54,525 bases of DNA from a virus (taxonomy: Duplodnaviria; Caudoviricetes). Numbering within the stretch: the first letter of the stretch is position 1; every line of letters begins with the position of its first letter. This document shows positions 45,038 to 52,447 of this stretch, one piece after another. The stretch spans positions 1 through 54,525 of the IMG/VR virus record IMGVR_UViG_3300009181_001959; one strand, written 5' to 3'. The position numbers and the translations under genes were made by a program. The notes beneath the pieces are model-generated. The model was not told the DNA's origin, searched no databases, and worked only from the letters and a program-made list of their open reading frames with translations.

Positions 45038-45255
45038 AGTTTCTCTCCACAATGCGGACACTTCTTAGCTGACGCATTACGCATTTCTTTCAATGTGCGG
45101 TTTAGTTTACGTGCATCAGCAATAGATCTGCGTATGCTTTTACGATCTCTGTCGTGTTTAGCCTTGCCCAATTCTTCTTTAAGGTGTAGCTTCATTTTGG
45201 TCAGTCTACCCTCAAAGATTTCAATGAATCCTGTTATACCAGTGTTACTGCTCAT
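45034..45255 (-). CDS. Basic helical protein ending in CPHCG
   Basis: ATGA-coupled at both ends. Confidence 0.75.
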   Translation of the reverse strand: MSSNTGITGFIEIFEGRLTKMKLHLKEELGKAKHDRDRKSIRRSIADARKLNRTLKEMRNASAKKCPHCGEKL

Positions 45256-45473
45256 ATGATACGTCCAAGTCCTAGATAGATCAGAGCTTCCAGTTCAGTT
45301 TGATAGTCCTGACCCAATCTACGCTTTTCATAGATAGCCATTAAGACATCTTTACCATCACCATAGTCTGTGGCACCTGCCCCACGGCTTTCCAATTCTT
45401 CAATGAGATCATCAGTGTCAAACTCCGAAAGCTCAACATCTACTTCAACTTCTGTGTAAATTGTTTTGTACAT
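45252..45473 (-). CDS. Acidic hypothetical protein
   Basis: Start MYKTIY; DDLIEELESRG. Confidence 0.75.
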   Translation of the reverse strand: MYKTIYTEVEVDVELSEFDTDDLIEELESRGAGATDYGDGKDVLMAIYEKRRLGQDYQTELEALIYLGLGRII

Positions 45474-45481
45474 ATATTTCC

Positions 45482-45745
45482 TTATACAGTTCCCCAACGC
45501 AACACAAACCAATTTGCATCACGTTCATTTTCAAATATAAAATCTCTGCCATTGCGTTCAAAAGAATTTTTACAATTCAATGCTAGCCAGTGTGTAATAT
45601 CCACAGCATGATTATTGTCTATTAAACGCGGTAGCATAACACGACACCATCCTATACCTTGTAACATTCCCCAAAGTATTTCTCGATCAATATCATTGGC
45701 CATTTGTTTTCCGGCCTTATTGATTAGTTCTTCTTGTATATTCAT
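45482..45745 (-). CDS. Hypothetical protein (WFxLRW family)
   Basis: FENERDANWFVLRWG. Confidence 0.75.
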   Translation of the reverse strand: MNIQEELINKAGKQMANDIDREILWGMLQGIGWCRVMLPRLIDNNHAVDITHWLALNCKNSFERNGRDFIFENERDANWFVLRWGTV

Positions 45746-46134
45746 TTACGGGCTAACTCCAACAGTATCACATATTTTTGATATGCTTTTTCCACTGCGG
45801 GATTCTTGTCTCGTACCATCTGGTCTCTGCTTGCGTCAGCCCATATCTTCTTGCTATACTCACGATCATCACTGAGCCGTTGCATGTGTTCCTGTTCTCC
45901 CACTAACCTTGCTAAGTTGTCCCGAGTCAAATGTATGGCTTTCATGGGCACAATCTCAGTTTCTATTTTGGAACGGTCAGTGTCATAGAAGTCTCGATAG
46001 TAAGATTGTGCCTGCTTCACGTACTGATTGTACTCTCGACTGTCTTCAACACGGCATTCAAACTTGGAAATAAAATACTCTAGTTCTCCAGCAGTGTCTC
46101 TGTGTTTGACGTAGTTATGTTTCATGAGCTCCAC
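45742..46134 (-). CDS. Hypothetical protein
   Basis: Ends NPAVEKAYQKYVILLEL. Confidence 0.75.
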   Translation of the reverse strand: MELMKHNYVKHRDTAGELEYFISKFECRVEDSREYNQYVKQAQSYYRDFYDTDRSKIETEIVPMKAIHLTRDNLARLVGEQEHMQRLSDDREYSKKIWADASRDQMVRDKNPAVEKAYQKYVILLELARK

Positions 46135-46138
46135 CTAA

Positions 46139-46369
46139 TCAAAAATACTCATCTGGTTCTGCAAAGTAATCCCAGCCCTTGCCGCCTAACTCGGCCCACA
46201 TAATCCATTTGGCTTCTTCTTGTTTACACGACTCGGGCATGGCGTCACTGCTTACTACGCATTCGCATTGAGCGCAGAAGTAGTTCATGCCATTAGTTGG
46301 CTCATCATAATAGGCAACACCGCCACAGGGCATGACCATGTAGTCTGTATAATCAATCACGATGACCAC
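46139..46369 (-). CDS. Small Cys-containing protein
   Basis: PCGG...CAQC...C; start uncertain. Confidence 0.65.
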   Translation of the reverse strand: MVIVIDYTDYMVMPCGGVAYYDEPTNGMNYFCAQCECVVSSDAMPESCKQEEAKWIMWAELGGKGWDYFAEPDEYF

Positions 46370-46671
46370 CTAATCAAAAACATAGTCATATGCTTGCGAC
46401 TTTTAAACTGCCAAATATTAAAACTAATACGTTTGCCACAATTGGATTGTTCACACCATGCTTGTACAGGATCCATATCATCTTCACGGAGCCCACGTTC
46501 AAAGCCTCTTGGTTGTATGTCATCCACATAGGCTTGCAGTTTAAGCCCTGGAAGCTCTTGCCATTTGATCTTGGGCATAGGAGTCATGTTGGCATAGAAA
46601 TGTTTAATCAGATCGTTGACTTGTGACTTTCCCATACGCCTACCTGTTAAGACCACCGCAGGATAAACCAT
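46357..46671 (-). CDS. Hypothetical protein (FxxRW family)
   Basis: QAWC...FKSRKHMTMFLIRWS. Confidence 0.7.
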   Translation of the reverse strand: MVYPAVVLTGRRMGKSQVNDLIKHFYANMTPMPKIKWQELPGLKLQAYVDDIQPRGFERGLREDDMDPVQAWCEQSNCGKRISFNIWQFKSRKHMTMFLIRWSS

Positions 46672-46847
46672 TCTCTTTGTGCCTCAGTTCGAAAACTCCA
46701 AAGCACATCAGTCATGCGGGTTCCAACTGCTTGTTCACTGGCCAGCCAAGCATCCAACTCCTCAATCTTTTCTGGAGTCATTTCTTCTTTATCCAAAATA
46801 AGCCCTGGCAGTTTGAACAGGCCAACTTCGCACTGTTGCATCTTCAT
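46647..46847 (-). CDS. Hypothetical protein (WFxLRW family)
   Basis: Start MKMQQ (ATGA overlap); FRTEAQREWFILRWS. Confidence 0.7.
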   Translation of the reverse strand: MKMQQCEVGLFKLPGLILDKEEMTPEKIEELDAWLASEQAVGTRMTDVLWSFRTEAQREWFILRWS

Positions 46848-47014
46848 AATTGCATTATTCTTTCTATAACTGTTCGTGCTTCCGGACAATCATTACGTTC
46901 CACTTGTGCTTCAATGGCCCGCTCTAATGCTTCGTGTAATTGTCTAAGGTACGGCCGCTCTTTGTAATTTGAATATGGTTGCGTCCAACGGATAGTGTAT
47001 AAATGTTTGTTCAT
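46844..47014 (-). CDS. 56-aa protein absent from the ORF track
   Basis: MNKHLYTIRWTQPY...ERIMQL*; ATGA-coupled at both ends. Confidence 0.7.
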   Translation of the reverse strand: MNKHLYTIRWTQPYSNYKERPYLRQLHEALERAIEAQVERNDCPEARTVIERIMQL

Positions 47015-47223
47015 TGTTCAACTCCTAATGTTGTTGGCGCATGATCTAATACTGAGTTAAGATAAAAATACGCATCTTCATCACATATTGTAACACACAA
47101 GTCACTATGTTGCAAATCATAATCTACAAAATTGTGTTCAACATCGTACACACGGAACATGTATTTTCCAGTTTGCGTGTAGATCAAGTGTCCTTGTACA
47201 CCGTTGGCTGACTTTGGTTTCAT
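47011..47223 (-). CDS. Hypothetical protein
   Basis: Start MKPKSA; FRVYD...LDHAPTTLGVEQ. Confidence 0.7.
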   Translation of the reverse strand: MKPKSANGVQGHLIYTQTGKYMFRVYDVEHNFVDYDLQHSDLCVTICDEDAYFYLNSVLDHAPTTLGVEQ

Positions 47224-47420
47224 TTGGTTGTGCTTTGTGGGTAATAGTAATAACAATAAGAACGGTTGGTGTTCCAATCTCCTGCTATGCCATCCAAATC
47301 TTGTAGACTTGACACAGCACGATCTGTCATGCTGGCATGCTGATGCACAATCCATGGTGTGGCACGCCTTGCCCGCAAGTATTGCATAAGATAGGCCTTG
47401 CTTTGCTCAAGTCGATTCAT
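47220..47420 (-). CDS. Hypothetical protein
   Basis: ATGA-coupled at both ends. Confidence 0.6.
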   Translation of the reverse strand: MNRLEQSKAYLMQYLRARRATPWIVHQHASMTDRAVSSLQDLDGIAGDWNTNRSYCYYYYPQSTTK

Positions 47421-47698
47421 TCTTCAACTCCGAAATGTTCTTTAATCTTGTCCACAATATGTTGGCTTTGCTGGATTCTTGCTTTATTCCAGACTTCATC
47501 ATGCGGATTATATACTTTCATATCCTCTACCCACTTTTTTTGTTCTAGGGCAATCTCAGCACATTTCCGAACAATCAACTCGGCGAACTTTTGTTCGAAC
47601 AAGTCCGAATTTACAGACAATATGATATTTGATACAGGGTGCCGTGTAGTAGCATATTCTCTAGCCTGTTCAGCAAGTTGTCGAATTCGTTCGTTCAT
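47417..47698 (-). CDS. MNERIREL/FAELIV/HFGVEE family protein
   Basis: All three conserved blocks present. Confidence 0.85.
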   Translation of the reverse strand: MNERIRQLAEQAREYATTRHPVSNIILSVNSDLFEQKFAELIVRKCAEIALEQKKWVEDMKVYNPHDEVWNKARIQQSQHIVDKIKEHFGVEE

Positions 47699-47931
47699 TC
47701 TTTAACTCCGAAATGTTCTGCTATCCGATCAATAGCCTGTTCAACATAATACACACTATCTTCTGGTGTGCCCATATAATTTGGACTGGCAACTTCCATA
47801 CAATCTCGCACAATCAACTCAGCAAACCGTTCAGCAAACTTCTGCAAGTCTTGCATGTCCATTGTGGACCAAGTACCGGAGAATTTCTCATCCAGCGTCT
47901 GGCCCATCAGTGCTTTAATTTGTTCGTTCAT
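47695..47931 (-). CDS. MNERIREL/FAELIV/HFGVEE family protein
   Basis: MNEQIKAL, FAELIVRDC, HFGVKE. Confidence 0.85.
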   Translation of the reverse strand: MNEQIKALMGQTLDEKFSGTWSTMDMQDLQKFAERFAELIVRDCMEVASPNYMGTPEDSVYYVEQAIDRIAEHFGVKE

Positions 47932-48287
47932 TCTTTAACTCCAAATGCTTTCTTTGCGGCCTCAATGGTAAACAATTTGCTAGATGTAATACCAGATAAT
48001 AGTGCTTCCTCATCGGCTGACAAAATTGGAATAGCACGGTCTTCTACTCCGAAATGTTCTTTTAGCATATCACCTTGCGTCTTACCGCCTTCAGCAAGTA
48101 TCCAATCAACTTGTTTGGCACATTCCCGCACAATCAACTCGGCGAACTTTTCGTTAAACTGTGTATGCCAATCTACGTGTCCATCTTCCCAAATCTTGCC
48201 AGGAGTTTTACTTCTAACAGGTGGAGTATATACTTCATTCACATAGTCACCAGCCTCTAGGGCAAGTTCTCGAATTCGTTCGTTCAT
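47928..48287 (-). CDS. MNERIREL/FAELIV/HFGVEE family protein with extended tail
   Basis: Internal HFGVED plus terminal AFGVKE. Confidence 0.85.
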   Translation of the reverse strand: MNERIRELALEAGDYVNEVYTPPVRSKTPGKIWEDGHVDWHTQFNEKFAELIVRECAKQVDWILAEGGKTQGDMLKEHFGVEDRAIPILSADEEALLSGITSSKLFTIEAAKKAFGVKE

Positions 48288-48667
48288 TCTTCAACTCCAT
48301 TTAGTTTGTCTTCCTCTACGGGTTGATCAGGAATGTTGTTGGAGTCACCATTGTCAGCAACCACAAATCCCATGCCCAACATTGTGTCCATTTCTGGAGG
48401 TGTGCAGTGTGGCCGGAATATAAACAGTCGACGAGTAAGATTATCTTTGGAATAGTATGTTCTGTAGCTGACACGCACCACAGCTAACCGTTGTTCAAGT
48501 TCGGCTATTGTGACACCTTGTGACCATTCGTCAGCAACTGATTCTCTGGTCTGCTCAAAGTAAAAATCCCGCATGGTTTGAACGCTATTTCCTGTCTTCC
48601 AAAATGCGTTTTGCTCACACCATGCCATTTTACGGTCCAACATTTCTGCTGTGATTTCATTGTTCAT
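48284..48667 (-). CDS. Hypothetical protein ending in GVEE
   Basis: 127 aa; shares only the junction block. Confidence 0.75.
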   Translation of the reverse strand: MNNEITAEMLDRKMAWCEQNAFWKTGNSVQTMRDFYFEQTRESVADEWSQGVTIAELEQRLAVVRVSYRTYYSKDNLTRRLFIFRPHCTPPEMDTMLGMGFVVADNGDSNNIPDQPVEEDKLNGVEE

Positions 48668-49020
48668 TCTACTGCACCTTCTACCCGTTTGCTTTCTTTA
48701 ATAGTACGCATTAATTGCCTATTGCGTTCTTTTTGCTCTGCGGCAGTACGTTTTTCATCTGTGCTAATTCGGCACATCATATCGTAATCACGTGCCCACT
48801 TTACACCAGCTAGCCAATCCTCTAGTCGTTCTATGCTACCCACAAACAATTCCGCATCGCGGGAATAAATTGGCAATGCATCTGCATCTTTTGGTATTAG
48901 GCTTAGGGCTCCGTGATCTTCTGTCCAATCACTATGCTTGCTCTTGCTGAACTTAAAGCCAATCTCGTCAACTAATTGTTCAACACGTTTGATTCTTTGT
49001 ATTGTGTTCCATCCGCTCAT
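48664..49020 (-). CDS. Hypothetical protein
   Basis: LPIYSRDAELF; GVKWARDYD. Confidence 0.8.
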   Translation of the reverse strand: MSGWNTIQRIKRVEQLVDEIGFKFSKSKHSDWTEDHGALSLIPKDADALPIYSRDAELFVGSIERLEDWLAGVKWARDYDMMCRISTDEKRTAAEQKERNRQLMRTIKESKRVEGAVE

Positions 49021-49367
49021 ACTGTCTCCAATGTGTGTTTACATGATTTTCTAAATTGAAAGCCTGGGCAAGTGCAATGCGGTGTAGCACCCAGTGTTAC
49101 CACATACTCATCACCCTTACTGCCTTTGACAATTTTGGTTTTTGGTTTGCCGCCTTCAAAACTAAACAGCATGTCATCAATCTTAACAATGTTCTTTCTT
49201 TCAATCACACGGAATGAAAATTCTGGATTGCCAGTGGACAGGGCCAATTGATTGGGGGTAACCCATTTGACTTTTACTTCATCGCCTTCATATTCATTGA
49301 ACTCATGCACTTGAAAAAAGTAAGAGCTACGACGTTCCCACATGGTGTTCTTAACTATTACTTTCAT
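49017..49367 (-). CDS. SWIM zinc-finger protein
   Basis: Start MKVIVK; GSKG..Y.V...CTCPGFQFRKSCKH. Confidence 0.8.
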   Translation of the reverse strand: MKVIVKNTMWERRSSYFFQVHEFNEYEGDEVKVKWVTPNQLALSTGNPEFSFRVIERKNIVKIDDMLFSFEGGKPKTKIVKGSKGDEYVVTLGATPHCTCPGFQFRKSCKHTLETV

Positions 49368-49579
49368 GGCTGACCCCATATGCAATTGATGTTGGGTTGT
49401 ATGCCAGCGTTGCACTTTTGTTCACGTTGCAATGCTTCATAGGGAAAGTTGCTGAGTCGTTGGAATTGCTCTCCACGACACACTTGCGGATCATAATATC
49501 TTGAGCCAGGACAAAGAGGAGCAGGCAATGAGCCACAGCCAGTAAGTACAATTACTGATAGTGCTAAAAGTGTTTTCAT
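49364..49579 (-). CDS. Small lipoprotein
   Basis: MKTLLALSVIVLTGC lipobox; promoter 49611-39. Confidence 0.75.
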   Translation of the reverse strand: MKTLLALSVIVLTGCGSLPAPLCPGSRYYDPQVCRGEQFQRLSNFPYEALQREQKCNAGIQPNINCIWGQP

Positions 49580-49610
49580 CTAACTCTTTCTGTGTGGTTG
49601 CTATGTTGTT

Positions 49611-49639
49611 ATTATAGCACTGAAAGTGAACTATGTCAA
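49611..49639 (-). promoter_or_regulatory. Sigma70 promoter
   Basis: TTGACA-17-TATAAT with TG extension. Confidence 0.8.
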
Positions 49640-50038
49640 GTATGGAATTGTCAAATTGGACGCCAAGAATGTATCAAAATGGATAACTTCCGCTTGAGTA
49701 TGCTGTTGGAGATAGCGCACTTGCTCAATATCGCTTTCAACAAATATGGTAATGCCATTTTGGTTAATGATATTTGATTTATAAACTTGTGGCAGTTCCT
49801 CCAAACACTCGTGCCAAACTTGTATGGGCTTATTGGTAAAGTGCCTGTTGATCCAATCTATTGTTGTTGCTCTATAACGAGCAGGTCTGCCAGTTATAAT
49901 GTGCCATTCAAAGTCTGGTTTGAATACAGGCTTCATGTACACAGTCATGATTAGGAAGTCACCCAGGCCGCCCACATTGGGAATGGGATCACAGTCTGGA
50001 ATGAACACTCCATCCAAATCAAATGCTATCTTATTCAT
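49631..50038 (-). CDS. HAD-superfamily phosphatase
   Basis: Start MNKIAFDLDGVF; IITGR, YK, FVESD. Confidence 0.8.
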   Translation of the reverse strand: MNKIAFDLDGVFIPDCDPIPNVGGLGDFLIMTVYMKPVFKPDFEWHIITGRPARYRATTIDWINRHFTNKPIQVWHECLEELPQVYKSNIINQNGITIFVESDIEQVRYLQQHTQAEVIHFDTFLASNLTIPYLT

Positions 50039-50507
50039 CTCTATATCTAATGCCATAATCTTTGCTAACTTTTCTGCTACCCCACATTGGCTCTTCAGCA
50101 AAATAAGGTAATCGAACTCCTTGTATAATTCCATTTTGGATCTCCTTGGGAGTGTGCCAGTCACTAAACAGTACTGCCCACTTCCATTCAACATTGGGCC
50201 AATATGTTTCCATATACTGTTTGGTAGCCAAGTAAGTGGTACCTTGTAGTATATTGTCATCAACAAAGACAATGCGTTCTGGATCTCTAGTATTGAACAT
50301 ATCGGATAAGTTTGGCCAATATGCACCTAAAGGTAGTTTGAGTATTTGAGCAGTCCACATGGCGTAACTAAATCCGCTACGTGCCACAGCCACAATCTCT
50401 GTAGGTTTGAACTCATCAATCTTAGCGACCATATTATTAAAATACAGTTCACCCTCAGCTGAGGTCATTTGTCTTGGTTGTTCAGGGAAGTCTTTATATT
50501 TGTCCAT
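50031..50507 (-). CDS. Type I phosphoribosyltransferase (Gpt/Hpt-like)
   Basis: IVAVARSG; PRPP motif IVFVDDNILQGTT; leaderless start MDKYK 6 nt after the -10 of TTGACA(50537)-17-TATAAT(50514). Confidence 0.8.
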   Translation of the reverse strand: MDKYKDFPEQPRQMTSAEGELYFNNMVAKIDEFKPTEIVAVARSGFSYAMWTAQILKLPLGAYWPNLSDMFNTRDPERIVFVDDNILQGTTYLATKQYMETYWPNVEWKWAVLFSDWHTPKEIQNGIIQGVRLPYFAEEPMWGSRKVSKDYGIRYRDE

Positions 50508-50573
50508 ACGTCTATTATATGTTATTATTTTACGCTTGTCAACCACTGCCAATAAATATTGAAAAGGTCAATT

Positions 50574-51401
50574 ATGAAGATACTAGTAACGGGACACGAG
50601 GGATTTATTGGTCGTAACATGGCAGCTTTTTTGAGCAAGCAAGAAGGTTTTCAAATCGACGGATATGAATGGGATCCACAGGAACGTCCAAATGTCAAAG
50701 CCTATGATTGGGTAATACATCTAGGAGCAATAGCTGATAACAGTTCAACTGATGTTGAATCAATTATGCAACAGAACTTTGACTTTAGTTGCTGGTTGTT
50801 TAATGAATGTCAAACACATGGCACATATCTACAGTATGCCAGTTCCAGTACTGTCTATGGGAACACACGGAACTTTGAAGAAACTGCGGCCTGTAGTCCA
50901 CAGACTCCCTATGCTTGGAGCAAATACTTATTTGATCGTTGGGTGTTTAATCAGCACCCCACAATCTTTGTACAAGGATTTAGATACTTCAATGTGTATG
51001 GCAAGTGGATGCACATACGTGGCAAGAGAGCCAACGCTATCTATAAATGGCGACAGCAAGCACGTAAGGAAGGCAAGATCACTGTGTGGGAAAACGCTGA
51101 ACTGGTCAAGCGAGACTGGACTTGGGTTGGGGACATTTGCCAACTACAACTGGAGTTTATCAATACAGTTAAAGGTAGTGGCATTTGGAATGTGGGTTCT
51201 GGATTACCGCACAGTTTCTTAGACATTGCTGAATACATTGCAGAACAAGAAGGGGTGCCTATAGAGTATGAACCAGTGTCAAAACAAGAACTAACGCGGT
51301 TTCGTAACAAAACTTGTGCGGATCTAAAGCATCTAAAGGAAACAGTGGGAACCCGTAAATGGCTCAATGTTTACGAGTGGTTAGACTACGAAAAAAGTTA
51401 A
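50574..51401 (+). CDS. NAD-dependent epimerase, ADP-heptose 6-epimerase (HldD/RfaD)-like
   Basis: ILVTGHEGFIG, HLGA, YASS, YAWSK (YxxxK), FRYFNVYG, KRDW, TCAD. Confidence 0.85.
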   Translation: MKILVTGHEGFIGRNMAAFLSKQEGFQIDGYEWDPQERPNVKAYDWVIHLGAIADNSSTDVESIMQQNFDFSCWLFNECQTHGTYLQYASSSTVYGNTRNFEETAACSPQTPYAWSKYLFDRWVFNQHPTIFVQGFRYFNVYGKWMHIRGKRANAIYKWRQQARKEGKITVWENAELVKRDWTWVGDICQLQLEFINTVKGSGIWNVGSGLPHSFLDIAEYIAEQEGVPIEYEPVSKQELTRFRNKTCADLKHLKETVGTRKWLNVYEWLDYEKS

Positions 51402-51405
51402 ATAC

Positions 51406-51762
51406 ATGATGAGAGCAAAAGACTTTATTACAGAACATAAGAAAGGTGTACGGGCCAAGAAGTACAACAAGAAGCCTGTGGCACCTATCAAACCCAGCGA
51501 TCAGTTTGAAAAAGAAAAAGCCAAGATCAATACTCCAGTTGGAGAACAAGGCAAAGCTACCCGCAAACTATGCAAGAGTACCAAGCCTGACAGTGAGTTG
51601 GGAGCAAGTCAACTAAGTAGTTGTATCAGTCAAGGCTTCCGTGCAAGAGACACTGAAAAGAAGTTTACCATTAATCGTAAACGTCAAAAGGTCAAAGGCA
51701 AAAAGGTCAAAGGCGGCAACTATGGAGGCCCACTTCCAGTATGGAAGGGCAATGCAGAATGA
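51406..51762 (+). CDS. Basic late protein with CTS-like N-terminus (MRAKDFITE)
   Basis: TTAAATA directly upstream; Lys-rich. Confidence 0.75.
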   Translation: MMRAKDFITEHKKGVRAKKYNKKPVAPIKPSDQFEKEKAKINTPVGEQGKATRKLCKSTKPDSELGASQLSSCISQGFRARDTEKKFTINRKRQKVKGKKVKGGNYGGPLPVWKGNAE

Positions 51763-52445
51763 GATTTGTTGAATTTATCATAAACGAAGATGTCAATACA
51801 GATATAAAGAAACTGCAAATTGAGTTAAAGGCAGCTGGCGCAGATTTAGGTCGATTTGGACCCAACGGCAATGGTATAGATGGAAAGATGGGGCCTTTAA
51901 CACAACAAGCAATGTTGAAGTTCCCAAAGATTGCTGACAAATATAAACAATCTATTGCTGTTGCTACCACTGATCCTAGCAAAGTAAAGATTGGTCAGAA
52001 TACAAATATTGATAATGCTACTAGAGATAGAGCACGAGCTTCTGTACAGCATCTTAATAAAAAAGACAGTGGCAGTGTCCTACCAGTTGACGGTCGTGTA
52101 TCAAGTCCATTTGGGCATAGAACACTTGGCGGCAATTCGCGGGACCATAACGGAACAGATTTTGCAGTACCAGTAGGCACTCCCATAGTTGCTCCTGCAG
52201 CCGGCACAGTATCCCGTACAGGAAATAACGGCGGGCCAGAAGGCACGTTTGTTGTATTAGATGCAAGCGGGGTTGTTCATAAGTTTTTTCATCTTTCTAA
52301 GATTATGGTAGAAAAAGGTGAGTTGGTAGAAAAAGGACAAACTATAGGTCTTAGTGGAAATACAGGACGTAGTACCGGCGCACATTTGCATTGGGAAAAA
52401 CATGTGGCTGGCCTGCCAGTTGACCCAATGACAAACAAAGGTTAA
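51759..52445 (+). CDS. M23 metallopeptidase with a PG-binding-like N-terminal region
   Basis: Start MRFVEF (ATGA overlap); HNGTD, HLS, STGAHLHWE; LQIELKAAG...DGKMGPLT. Confidence 0.9.
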   Translation: MRFVEFIINEDVNTDIKKLQIELKAAGADLGRFGPNGNGIDGKMGPLTQQAMLKFPKIADKYKQSIAVATTDPSKVKIGQNTNIDNATRDRARASVQHLNKKDSGSVLPVDGRVSSPFGHRTLGGNSRDHNGTDFAVPVGTPIVAPAAGTVSRTGNNGGPEGTFVVLDASGVVHKFFHLSKIMVEKGELVEKGQTIGLSGNTGRSTGAHLHWEKHVAGLPVDPMTNKG

Positions 52446-52447
52446 TT

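Noticed and set aside
44837-48287. Diversity-generating retroelement TR/VR pair
   Set aside because: Differences between copies are not adenine-specific, variable parts do not align, and no reverse transcriptase is in the window
49631-50552. Track starts at 50326 and 50552
   Set aside because: The extensions overlap the neighbouring gene or the promoter; motif positions support starts at 50038 and 50507
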